Below are positions 26,462-39,804 of a stretch of DNA of 64,000 bases, one piece after another. The DNA comes from Dictyostelium discoideum (lineage: Eukaryota): contig CM000150.2 of NCBI GenBank assembly GCA_000004695.1, positions 3,424,001 through 3,488,000 on the forward strand, given 5' to 3'. Made by a program: the position numbers and the translations under genes. Position 1 is the first letter of the stretch; each line of letters begins with the position of its first letter. The notes beneath the pieces were generated by a model. The model was not told where the DNA came from, made no database searches, and saw nothing but the letters and a program-made list of their open reading frames with translations.

Positions 26462-27264
26462 ATGAAATTTGGAAAATATTTAAGAAATAATATGATTTCA
26501 AGATATGAAGAAATTTATATTGATTATAAAGGTTTAAAAAAATTATTAATGGATTTAGGTGCAATTGAAGAAGAAAGAAAGAGTAAACAGACTAAACAAC
26601 CACATGGAAATAATAATAATAATAATAATAACAATAATAAAAACTATATACTTCAATTTCAAGCATCTCAACAAGTTTCCGATAGAAATTCAAAATTCTT
26701 ATTATCAGTTTGGAATCAATTTCAAAAGGTTGATCGTTTTATTCAAGATAATGAAAAAGATTTATCATCAAAATCAAACTATATGGAAAGTGTATGTTTT
26801 ATTATTATCATTATAATTATACATATTTTTAAATTGGTTTTATTAATTATATTATATTATTTTATTTAATTTCAGTCCAAAGATGCTCAATTAATTATTT
26901 CATGTATTAAAGAAATTGAAGAACTACAAAATTTTGTTCAACTAAATCTTGATGGATTTAGAAAGATTTTAAAGAAATTTGATAAGAAATTTACAATTAC
27001 AATTGGTCATGAATATTTTAAAAATATGATTTATTCACATTTTCAAGCAAAGATTTCAGTTTTAAATTATTATAATACTAAATTATCAAATATTTATTCA
27101 CTTTTTTTTGGTGACCCTGAAGAATTAAAGAATTCTGAAAGATCTGAAAGTGGTGTATTTAGTGTAAGTTTTTATTATTATTTTTTTATTACTTTATTTA
27201 AATTTCTAAAATTTAAACTAATTATAATTTTTAATTTTAGTTTTGTATGGATGAACAAGAGTAA
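26462..27264 (+). CDS. SPX-domain-only protein of about 215 aa. Exons 26462..26791, 26876..27163, 27241..27264.
   Basis: Canonical SPX N-terminus MKFGKYLRNNMISRYEEIYIDYKGLKKLL. Middle subdomain EIEELQNFVQLNLDGFRKILKKFDKKF. Donors GTATGT (26792) and GTAAGT (27164). No transporter, EXS or RING domain follows before the stop. Confidence 0.55.
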
Positions 27265-27791
27265 TCAAATATTATTATTTTATAGCTTTCTTAATTTTAT
27301 CTTTTAATCCAACTGTACACTCAAGACTCTTTTTTTTTTTAAATTTATCTATACACTTTTTTTTTTTTTTTTTTTCTTTTTTTCTTGGTCTTTTTTTTTT
27401 TTTTTCCAATTTATTTATTTTTTTTTAATTTACCAACTTTAAATCAAAAGAAAAAAAAAAGAAAAAAAAAAAAATTTTAATTAAAGAATTGGTTTCACAA
27501 TAAAAGGATTTTATCATTTAATTTCTTGTTTTTTTTTTATTTATTTTATTTTCTATTTTTTATTTATTTTTATTTTTTATTTTTTAATTCTATTTGTTGT
27601 GTTATGAAAGACAACATAAAATTTGTGTTTTTGATTCCCAAGAAAAGAAAATATTAAAAAAAAGAAATTAAATTAGAAAAAGAGAAAAAAAAAAAAAAAA
27701 AAAAAAAAAGAAATTAAATAATAAATTGATACCTATAAATTTTATTTACATATTTAAAAAAAAAAAAAAAAAAAAAAACCTTTTAAAAAAT

Positions 27792-29560
<1,769 letters not shown>

Positions 29561-29734
29561 ACAAAGTTTACTAATATTTGATACAATTGAATTATTATCA
29601 TTATTAATAATATTATCATCTAATTTTGTATTAATAGTTGAATAGATGGTATTGTATAATAATTTTAAATCAATATCCTTTAATTTTAAATTTAAAATCT
29701 CTTCATTTGTTAATGATATTTCATCATTTTCATA

Positions 29735-30310
29735 TTATATTATTATTGTTTTTATTTTTGACGATTTTAAAATTGGTATTAATGGTATTCTTAATGATTT
29801 TAATGTTGGTTCTATTATTGTTGTAAAACTTTTTTGTAATGAATAAATCAAAGAAATTGGATGAATTCCTTTATCCATTACAATTACACATTCCCTAAAG
29901 AGTGAATAAATTAAGAGTACTAATGTATTTGTTCCATCATGGCAAATTGATTCTAACATTTGGACTGATTTCTTTACAATATTTGAAAAAACATGTTCAA
30001 CTTTTATGCACTATTAAAAATAAATTAATTAACTAACTTTTATTAAACAAATACAAAATATTAAAAATTAAAATTCCACCAAAAAAAAAAAAAAGAAATA
30101 AAATAAAACAAAGATACATACCTTTAATATTTCAGAAGCTTTTTTGGAAAGTTTAATAGTTTGAGTTTCATTACCATAATCACTTATATCATCATTTTTG
30201 GCATTTTCATCATTTACCAACATTTGATATTGTGCATTCAACCCATAACAACTTTTAACAATTTCATATAGACTACCAATCACATTTAAAATCAAATCAT
30301 TTGTATCCAT
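29735..30310 (-). CDS. 5' part of a minus-strand gene with a possible longin-like HPS1/Mon1-family N-terminus. Exons complement(30122..30310) and complement(29738..30010), ended by an in-frame TAA at 29735-37.
   Basis: MDTNDLILNVIGSLYEIVKSCYGLN...EILK is joined through a GTATGT donor and a ttaatag acceptor to CIKVEHVFSNIVKKSVQMLESICHDGTNTLVLLIYSLFRECVIVMDKGIHPISLIY. This resembles the HPS1 longin region MLEKLSD..NFLYVLHLFGECLFIAING. The product call is weak. Confidence 0.35.
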
Positions 30311-31192
30311 ACCATGTGATTTGATTGATTTTTGAATTAAAAAAAAAAAAAAATCAAAAAAATCAAAAAAAAAAAAAAAAAAAAAAAAAAATCAAAATCA
30401 AAAAAAAAAATGACCAAAAGTAAAGATTAAGGTTTGAGAAAATATCTAATAAAAAAAAAAAAAAAGTAAATTAAACAACAAATTATTTAATCTTTTTTAT
30501 TTTTATTCTTTTTTTTTTTTTTTTTTTTTTTTTTAATTAACACCAGACAGAAATTTCGTTTAAAAAAAACTAAATTGGATTAAGTTAGTTGAAGTTTTTA
30601 AAAAATCAAAAAAAATTCAATAATTCGCAATGATTTGAAGTATTGTTGTCATGATTATAAAAAAAAAAAATAAAAAAAAATAAAATTTCTTATTTCGTTT
30701 TTTTTTTATTTTAATTTTTTATTTTTTTTATTTTTATTTGGGGTTGGTTCTCCTCACAAAATATTTCGTCCAACAGTTAGAATTTAATTTTTTTTAATTT
30801 TTTTTTTTTTTTAATTTTTTTTTTTGATTTTTTTTTTTTTTTTTAATTTTTTTTTTTTTTTTAATATTTATAGTTTTTTTTTGGTAATACCAGTACAACT
30901 AGTAATCAATTATTATAGATATCTAAACATCTATAGCATAAAATATTAATTTTCATTCCAACTAGTTGTAAATTTATTCACCCCCCCTCAACACACCACA
31001 TTTTTTTTTTTATTTAATTTTTACACAAAGAGAAAAAAAAAAAAAAATTTTTTTTTTAATTTATTTAAATATCATTTCTATTATTGTCTATTTTAATAAT
31101 ATTTAATAATAAAAATATAAAAAAAAAAAAATATTAATAAAATAATAATTTGTAAAATAGCAAAAAAAATAAAATAAAAAAATAAAAATAAA

Positions 31193-32362
31193 ATGGGTAT
31201 TTCAAATAATAAAAAACAAGCAGTCGATGGTGCAAATCAACAACAAACAGATAAATATCCAAGTAAATCAGGATTACCACCAACAATTGGTAATGGACCA
31301 ATGGAAAAGTATGAACCAAAAGATGAATATATTAGAGTTGACTCAATGCAACAACATTGGATTAGAAGAAAATTAATTTCAGATAAATATCCAGAGATTT
31401 TAAATTTACCAACAAACCATACACCAACAGCATTTTGGGTAATTGGTTTGGTCGCTTCTTTAATTATCACTGCAAAATTATTAGAGAATTCACCAATATG
31501 GTTAATAGTAGTTGTTGCCTATATTTTTGGTGCAACCGTTTCACATGCACTTTGGGTATTAATTCATGAACTCACTCATGATTTAGTCTTTGAAGGTTCA
31601 TTCATGAATTCAGTTTTCCTTTTAATTGCTGATTTACCACATATTGTACCAGCTGGTGTCAGTTTTAGACATTTCCATAGAGTAAGTATCTTATTTATTC
31701 TTTTTTTTAAAAAAAAAAAAAATAAATAATTATTTTTACTAATTTAATTTTATTTTTTTTTAAAGTTACATCATTCATTTTTAAATGAAACTTATACTGA
31801 TCCAGATGTACCAGTACCATTTGAAAATAAACTTTTTGGACATTCAATTGTTGGTAAAGCAATTTGGTTTTGTTTATATTCAATTGTAATTGCATGTAGA
31901 TCAGTTTTCTATCCATTAAAGAATCAATCACCATTCAGTATGTGGTTAGTTGCTAATTACATTTGTAATATTACATTCACTTATGTAATCTTCCAATGGG
32001 TTGGTGTTTATGGTATGACTTATTTAGTATTATCAAGTTTAATGTCTGTTGGTTTCCTTTTACATCCATTAGGTGCTCGTTGGATCGCTGAACATTTCGC
32101 TGTTACTCAATCAGAACAAGAAACTTATTCAACTTATGGTTTAATTAATACCATTGGTTTCAATATTGGTTATCATAATGAACATCATGATTTCGTTCGT
32201 GTTCCATACGTTTATTTACCAACTCTCACTAAAGTTGCTCATGAATTCTATAAAGGTGGTCTTAAATATCATACTTCCTATTGGAGAGTTTTATATGAAT
32301 TCTTAAATCAAGATGGTTTCACTTTTAATAGTAGAGTAGTTAGAAATCCAAAAGTTAAATAA
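31193..32362 (+). CDS. Sphingolipid Δ4-desaturase (dihydroceramide desaturase, DEGS/Des1 family). Exons 31193..31681 and 31766..32362.
   Basis: LISDKYPEILNL, HELTHD, the motif HFHR|LHH split by a GTAAGT intron, HNEHHDF and FYKGGLKYHTSYWRVLYEF align along human DEGS1 (ILAKYPEIKSL, HEIAHN, HMDHH, HNEHHDF, YYDNLPHYNSWIKVLYDF). Confidence 0.75.
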
Positions 32363-32446
32363 ATAAATAAAAAAAAAAAACAATTTTAATTTATTAAAAA
32401 TAAAATAAAATAATAATTCGAAAATTTGCGTTGTATTGTTGAGGTT

Positions 32447-32480
<34 letters not shown>

Positions 32481-32575
32481 TCTTTTTGTAAAAGCACAAG
32501 CAAACCACACCACGAAAACACTTTCCTTTTTTATTTAATTTTTTAAAATTTTTTTTTTTATTTTATTTTCATATT

Positions 32576-32662
32576 ATGAAAAGTATATACTTTATATTTA
32601 TTTTATTAATAGTAATAGTAAATAGTATAGTAAAATCTCAAGAGATATTAAATTATTATATA

Positions 32663-32747
<85 letters not shown>

Positions 32748-35719
32748 GTAGTGATGGTGGTAATGGTACAATTACAAATCCATACCAAAGTTTATGTCAA
32801 TTAAATAATAACTTAAATAAAAATTATTCGCCTATTATAATTAATATTGCATTTGGTTTTTATAATTCTACAAATTGTACAATAGAAATTAATAATATTA
32901 ATGAAATTAAAATAATTCCATATAATGATAATAATAATATTAATAATTATAAAAATGTAATAATAGAAAATATTAAATTAATAATTAATAATTCAAATTT
33001 AAATATAAATGAAATAATAATTACATTTTCATTTAATTATTTTAAACCATTATATATTTGTAATGGTAGTAATGTTAATTTTAATAATGTTGAAATAAGT
33101 TCACCACCATCATCACAATCACTATCACAACCACCATTACCATTATTATTATTATCAACCATAAAATCATCATTTATGTTAATAAATATTATTGATTCAA
33201 ATTTTATACTTTTAAATCAATCAAAATTAATAAATAATGGTGAAGTTGATTTAATAAATTCAAAATTAATTTTAAATGAAAATTCAATATTGGATGGTTT
33301 ATTTATTAATGGTAGAGATAATAGTTTAACAATTATTGAAAATTCTGAAATTATTGATCCAAATTTTTATTTTGAATCAAGTGAATTGTTTATAAATAAT
33401 TCAAAGATTTCAATTAAAAATACAATTTATGAATTCTTTGGATTAAATTATTTTTATTGTTTTAAAATTTCAACATCAATTTTTAAAATGGAAAATACAA
33501 TTATTAAATCATCAATTTATTCTGGTAATGTAATTCTAGTTGGTACTCAAGGTTCTCAATCTACAAATGTAACATTAAACAATATCATTTTAACAGGTTT
33601 AAAAAGTTTTCAATCAATTTTTAAATTTACACTTGGTACTTTTAATATTAATAAAATTACATTTGAAAATTGTATATCATCATGTTTATTTTATATTGAT
33701 TTAATAATTGGTGAAACTTTATTATCAATTAATAATATAAATTTAATTGGTAATAAAAATATAAAATTCATTGAAATTTTAAATCAATCACCATTCTCAC
33801 CACCATTATTAAATATTACAATTTCAAATTTAATTACAACTTGTGATAATACGTACCAAAATTTTATTACAACAATTGAAAATAATAATAGTAATAATAA
33901 TAATAGTAGTAATAATAATAATATTAATTTAAATATTATAAATTCAAAATTAAATTGTATTGGTGAAAGTTGGTTTAGGAATTGTTTAATTTCATTTGAA
34001 AATTTAATTATTGAAACTAGTTTTAAAAATAATTTATTTAATTTTAATAATAATTGTAATGTAATAATTAAATCAAGTATATTTAAAACAAGTAATTATC
34101 CAAATGGTGATGGATTTTTATTTTCAATTGATAATTCAATAGTTGATATTGGTAATTGTACAATTAATAATTGTGAATCACCATTTTTACAATCAAAATT
34201 ATCAAATCTAACAATTAATTCCTGCAATTTTACAAAATCAATTTCTATTGAAAATTCATTACTTTATTCAATTTCATCTATGATGTTAATTAAAAATTGT
34301 AATTTCAATCAATTGAATTATCCAATTTTAATTCATTCAAAAAATTCAAATATTTCTATAATTAATTCAAATATATTAAAATCATCATTTGGTAGATTAC
34401 ATTTAGCATTAATAGAATATTCAAATATAATTTTTAGTGAATTTAATATGACAGAATGTTTCTCTTCAAATAGTTTACTTTATTTTAGTTTAGATAATAC
34501 TACAAGTACTAAAAATTTAAATTATAATTTTTTAATTGAAAATTCAACATTTTTAAAAAATTATGATATGCAAAGTTTAGATGTTAGTTTAATTTATAGT
34601 AAATATATGAATGGAAATATTATTAATAGTAAATTCATTGGGAATTCATTTAGTCCATTAATTAAATCAACTCAATCAACATTATTAATTAAAAATGTAA
34701 CTTATTCAAATAATAGTGGTTCTTTTCATTATGGAAGTAATGATTATTATATTGAGGTTAATGGTTTCACATTAAATAATAGTAGAATTCAATTAGATTA
34801 TCTTTTTGCATTTGAAAATTATTTTAATGTTTTTTTTAAAGATATATTCATCATTAATAATTATCTTAGTCAATATTTATTCATTTTTAATGGTTATATG
34901 TATAATAGTATAACTTTTAATAACTTATTATATATTGATAATTTAATTGTAAATATAAATGGTACTTCAAGAATTCCATTTAATAGTATAATCAATTCGT
35001 CATCTTTATCAACCACATCACAATTTATATTTATAAATAGTGGCTCAATATCATTTAATTCATCAAATATTATAAATAATTTATTACTTTCTTCAATGAT
35101 AAGTATTGAAAATTCAATATTATCATTTTCAGAATGTAATTTATCATTAAATAAATTTCAAGATGTAAATTCTTCAAAATTATTAGACTCTTTTAAATCA
35201 TTAATTATTTTTGAAAATAGTACAATAAATTCAAATATTGGTTCATCAGGTAATGACGAAGGAGTTTTAGTTGGTAAATTACCAGGTTTAATAAATTTAT
35301 TAAATTCAGGAATAAAGATATCATTTTGTAAATTTAAATATAATATATTCCCATTAGATAGAGGTTCTATTATTAGTTATTTTTCAAATAGTTATTTTGA
35401 TAATTATCAATTCAATGTATTTTCATCAGAATTCTCTTCAAATGTTGCAGATATAGGTGGTGTTTTTTATTTTTCAAGTAATTTATTTGATAGTGTTACA
35501 CCATATAATCGTTATAATATTGAATATAATAATTTTTCAAATAATTTTGCAAAAACTGCTGGTGGTGTAATTTGGAGTGATGATTTATTATTTACAACGC
35601 AATTAAATCCTTTTATTTTATCTGTAAACAAATTTTATAATAATTCTTGTATTTTTGGTGAAAATAATTTATCAATTAGTATGTAATTAAAGTATTTTTA
35701 ATTAAAATAATTAAAAACA

Positions 35720-35756
<37 letters not shown>

Positions 35757-36406
35757 AAAATATATTAGTGCCAAAAGATATTTATTTATTTAATAATGAA
35801 CAATATAGTGATGAAATTATAGAATATATATTTTTAGTTAAAAATTATTTTGGTGAAATAGCAACTCAAGTATTTGGTAAATTTAATACATCAATTAAAA
35901 TTAAAACTAATGAAACAATTTTAATTAATGAAACATTTATAACATCAACAATTTATTCTGGTAAAGGTACATTTCAATATAGACTTTATGGTAAAGATTT
36001 AGTTTATACAGTAACAATATTAGATTTAAAACCACAATTATCAATGGATATAAAAATAAAAAATTGTTCACCATTTAAATATTTTGATGGTAATTCAATG
36101 AATTGTATTTATTGTCCAATTGGATACTCATTAAGTGATGAAAAATCAAATTCATGTGTAAAATGTAATAGTGAAATTGTAACTTGTCAATATGGTCAAG
36201 TGTTTTCAAATGAAAATTATTATATGGTTGATAATAGTCCTTTAAAAGTTTATTCATGTGCTAATGATATGTGTAATGGGAATAACACATGTATTGGTGA
36301 TAATAATATTGGTGATTTATGTTACTATTGTACAAATTATCATGAAAGTACTTCAATACAAGCTTCAAAGAATGGTATTCAATGTTGTTCAAATTTCAAT
36401 TTTTAA
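32576..36406 (+). CDS. Large secreted Asn-rich Pmp-repeat (parallel beta-helix-like) protein with a C-terminal Cys-rich module. Exons 32576..35678 and 35769..36406.
   Basis: Signal peptide MKSIYFIFILLIVIVNSIVKSQ. More than 30 degenerate repeats of the Pmp type (FxxN and GGA[ILV]-like: FSNNFAKTAGGVIWSDD, IGGVFYFSSN, FRNCLISFENL, CNFTKSISIENS). A Cys-rich stretch C..C..C..C follows. GTATGT donor at 35679 and AG acceptor at 35767-68 in phase 1. The ORF ends at TAA 36404-06, but see the finding on the downstream frame. Confidence 0.55.
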
Positions 36407-36415
36407 CTTGAATGA

Positions 36416-37399
36416 AAATTTTTCTTTTCATATAGAATTAGTATTTTACCATTATTTAGAATTTCTATTGATTTCTTTGATGGTTATTGTTATTTTAGTG
36501 GTTTAAATTATTTACATAAAGTTTTAATATCAAATTTAATTATTCTCTTTTTATTTATTATTAGTTATTCAGATTTAACAATATGGTTGTTAAATAAATT
36601 TTTAAAAAAAAGAATTATAAATTTACCAAAATCAATTAGAATTATTTTAAAAAGAAATAATAATATTAATAATAATGATATAGTTTATAAAATTAAATGT
36701 TTATGGTCACTATTTCAATTATTATTTATACCAATAATGTTTAATTCAATATCATTATTAGTTAATAAAGTTGTAAATAATGAAAATTTATTAATAATAG
36801 ATTTTACAATTAAATACTTTGGTGGTAATGAATTTCAAATATTATTATCAACATTTTCAATTATAATTATTATTTTAATTTCATTTATTTTAATATCATT
36901 TACAATTATTAATTTAAATTTAATTAATAATAGATTGTTATTATCAAATCATTATTATTTAAATTTAAAAAGAATGATTTCAAAATTAAATTATAGAAAT
37001 GGATTTAAATGGTGGGATATAGTCATTTTAATAAGATCAATCATTTTCATAACACTTTCATTATCAATGATATTCAATCCAATTGATTTCATGCCAATTA
37101 TAATTGCAATTCAATTAATTTATACAATAATTTTCATTTTTATTAATCCTAAAAAAAATGAATTATCAACTTCATCTTTTAAAAAATTAAATATAATAAC
37201 CTCAACAATCACAATATCAGATCCACATAATATTTTAAATATAATTCAATCATTTATATTCATTAGTGTTGGTTCATCATTATTTTTAAAACTTTTACCA
37301 AATATTAGAGGTTTAATTATAACTTGTACATCACTTTTTTTATTTATTTTTTTTATTTTTATATTTAAAAATAATAATAATAATTATAATAAAAAATAA
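36416..37399 (+). CDS. Multi-pass hydrophobic region in the same frame as the Pmp-repeat ORF upstream. It is either the true C-terminal TM domain of that gene, separated only by TAA...TGA, or a separate membrane ORF.
   Basis: The frame stays open from 36416 to 37399 (328 codons) through AT-rich DNA. It encodes 6-8 hydrophobic helices (LFIPIMFNSISLL, IIIILISFILISFTIINL, IIFITLSLSMIF, IIAIQLIYTIIFIF, IFISVGSSLFLKLL, ITCTSLFLFIFFIFIF). There is no ATG near its start, and the track only finds a TTG at 36587. Confidence 0.35.
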   Translation, partial: KFFFSYRISILPLFRISIDFFDGYCYFSGLNYLHKVLISNLIILFLFIISYSDLTIWLLNKFLKKRIINLPKSIRIILKRNNNINNNDIVYKIKCLWSLFQLLFIPIMFNSISLLVNKVVNNENLLIIDFTIKYFGGNEFQILLSTFSIIIIILISFILISFTIINLNLINNRLLLSNHYYLNLKRMISKLNYRNGFKWWDIVILIRSIIFITLSLSMIFNPIDFMPIIIAIQLIYTIIFIFINPKKNELSTSSFKKLNIITSTITISDPHNILNIIQSFIFISVGSSLFLKLLPNIRGLIITCTSLFLFIFFIFIFKNNNNNYNKK

Positions 37400-37466
37400 T
37401 AAGATGGTGGGAATAATTTATATATACAATATTAGTTGTTTTTATTATTTTTTTATTTTTTTTTTT

Positions 37467-38113
37467 TTAATTTGCAGTTGCTTTAATTATTCTAATTTCA
37501 TCAATTGGTTTATCGTTATTTGTTTGCATTGCATTCATTTTTTGTACAACTTTCATTCCAGATTTAACTCTTCCAAAGATTGTATGCTTTCCATCTAACC
37601 AAGGTGTAGGCCCAAATGTAATGCTTTTTCCACACAAAATTAAAGATTAAAAAAAAAAAAAAAATTAAAAAAAAAAAATAAAAATTAGAAAAGATGAATT
37701 GGGTAGGTGTTATATATATATGTTTGTAGATAAGAAAATAATTACAAAAATTGTGATCCATTAGAATTAACACCACTGTTTGCCATTGATAATATTCCTG
37801 CACCTGTATGTTTTAATTCTTTTGTAATTTCATCTTCAAATTTTTTTCTAAGGATTTTATTATTAAAATTATTATTTTCATTTTTATTATTTTCCAAATT
37901 TTAATTCAAGTTAGTTTAATATTATTTTCTAAATTTCTAATTTTATGTAATATTTTTAAATGAAAAATTACCCATATATACTTTCACCTCCACGACCATT
38001 TCCTAATGGATCTCCTCCTTGTATCATAAAATCCTTTATGTTTTATTTAATTTTTTTTTTTTTTTATTAAAAATTTTAAAAAAAATAGTGTTAATGATTA
38101 ATGGATCTTATGA

Positions 38114-38190
<77 letters not shown>

Positions 38191-38395
38191 TAAAATATAG
38201 TAATAATAAGATAAACGAGACCAAGCCAATTGTTTTGTGACATACTTTAATAAGTCTGTGAAAAATTGTATTATCATAATATCCTCTTTTTGACAATTCA
38301 TAAAAGTTTTTACATGCTTTTGGTGCATGGTTATAATATAATTCCAATGTAATATCACCAACTGTTGTTTGAAGTGTTACTGTTTGTTCTGTCAT
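37467..38395 (-). CDS. ppil1: Cyclophilin-type peptidyl-prolyl isomerase, PPIL1-like. Exons complement(38246..38395, 37972..38033, 37746..37847, 37467..37623).
   Basis: [124 protein letters not shown]... matches human PPIL1 throughout. Donors GTATGT, GTAATT, GTAATT. Intron 1 holds a 90-bp (ATT)n tract. Confidence 0.8.
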
Positions 38396-38535
38396 TTTTT
38401 AAATTTCAAAAATAAACAAAAAAAAAAAATAAAAAAAAAAAAAAATGAAAATGAAAATCAAAAAAAGTGTGTGATTTTTTTTTTTTTTTTTTATTCATTG
38501 TATTATTTTTATTTTTAATTTTATTTTTATTTTTT

Positions 38536-38790
38536 GGAATGTGGAATAAACCTCACACAGATTTTTAATAATCCTTTTTATAAATATTTTTATTATTTTA
38601 AATCAAGTTATCAAAATTTTAATTTTTTATTTGTGTTTTTAATTTTTTTTTTTTTTGTTTTATTTTTTTTTTTTTTTTATTTGTTTATTTTTTAAAAATG
38701 TGAAATGAATCCCACAAAGATTTTTAATAATCATTTTTACTAATATTTTTTATTATTTCCAAACAAGTTATCAAACTTTTTTTAATTTTT
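38536..38790. repeat. Two direct copies of a ~90-bp element about 160 bp apart, in the divergent promoter region between ppil1 (minus) and the LRR-IPT gene (plus)
   Basis: Copy 1 (38536-38630) is ggaatgtggaataaaCCTCACACAGATTTTTAATAATCCTTTTTATAAATATTTTTATTATTTTAAATCAAGTTATCAAAATTTT. Copy 2 (38697-38790) is aatgtgaaatgaatCCCACAAAGATTTTTAATAATCATTTTTACTAATATTTTTTATTATTTCCAAACAAGTTATCAAACTTTT. Copy 2 contains TCCCACAA, which matches the DUSE consensus (A/T)CCCA(C/T)AA. Confidence 0.6.
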
Positions 38791-38819
38791 TTTTAATCTC
38801 CCAAAAATTAAAAAAAAAA

Positions 38820-38851
<32 letters not shown>

Positions 38852-39058
38852 GTTGACCAGTGGAATTAAACAAAAAAAAAAAAAAAAATAAACAAAAAAA
38901 TTTCAAAATTTTTAACCTGTTTAAATAATGACAAAATCAATCAAAATATTACCAGGAACAGTAATTTTGAAAAAAAAAAAAGAAAAAAAGAAAGATTTGA
39001 AAAAAAAAAAAGTTCGCACATAATTTTTTTCATACTTGTAAAATATATAATAAATTAA

Positions 39059-39090
<32 letters not shown>

Positions 39091-39313
39091 TTAAAAAATA
39101 ATAATTAATAAAAAAAAAAAAAATAATAATAATAATAATAAATAATAAATAATAAATAATAAATAATAAATAATAAATAACAATAATAAAAATAAAAATA
39201 AAAATAATTAATAATAAATAATAATAATAAATAAAAATAATAAATAATAATATTAATAATAAAATAAAAATAAATAAATAAATAAAAATATTTATTATAA
39301 ATAAATTTGGAAA

Positions 39314-39758
39314 ATGAAAAAAAGAAATAGTTTTCTTTTTATTATATTTCTATGTCTAATTTGTATGATTAATATTGCTTCATCACAAAATTTTATACCA
39401 TTACATGGGGATCAAGATAAAATAGCAGATAAAATTTGTCAACAAATTTCTCAAGGTGCTGTTCAATGCCTAGACCCATGCAAAGAAAGTTATGAGATTT
39501 TCACTTGCAAACTTAGACCAAATACCGATAAATATGATATAGATACAATTAACTTAAAAATAGTTCCTTCATCAGGTATTGAAACCTCTGAAGTTATAGA
39601 AAGTTTTGTTCAATTTAGTCATCTAACCAAATTAACAATTACCGAAGAAATTACAGTTAGAGATCTTTGGGGAAAACTTTTATATGAATATCCAAGTCCT
39701 TTAGAAATGTATGTAAAAATAATAACCTTTTAAAAAATTTAAATTTCTTGTATAATTT

Positions 39759-39804
<46 letters not shown>

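Noticed and set aside
36258-36506. ORF of 82 aa in frame 0 overlapping the end of the Pmp gene
   Set aside because: As a stand-alone ORF it is implausible. Its 3' third is what any canonical splice around the TAA/TGA pair would read, which I treat as part of the Pmp-gene finding. I do not call it a separate gene.
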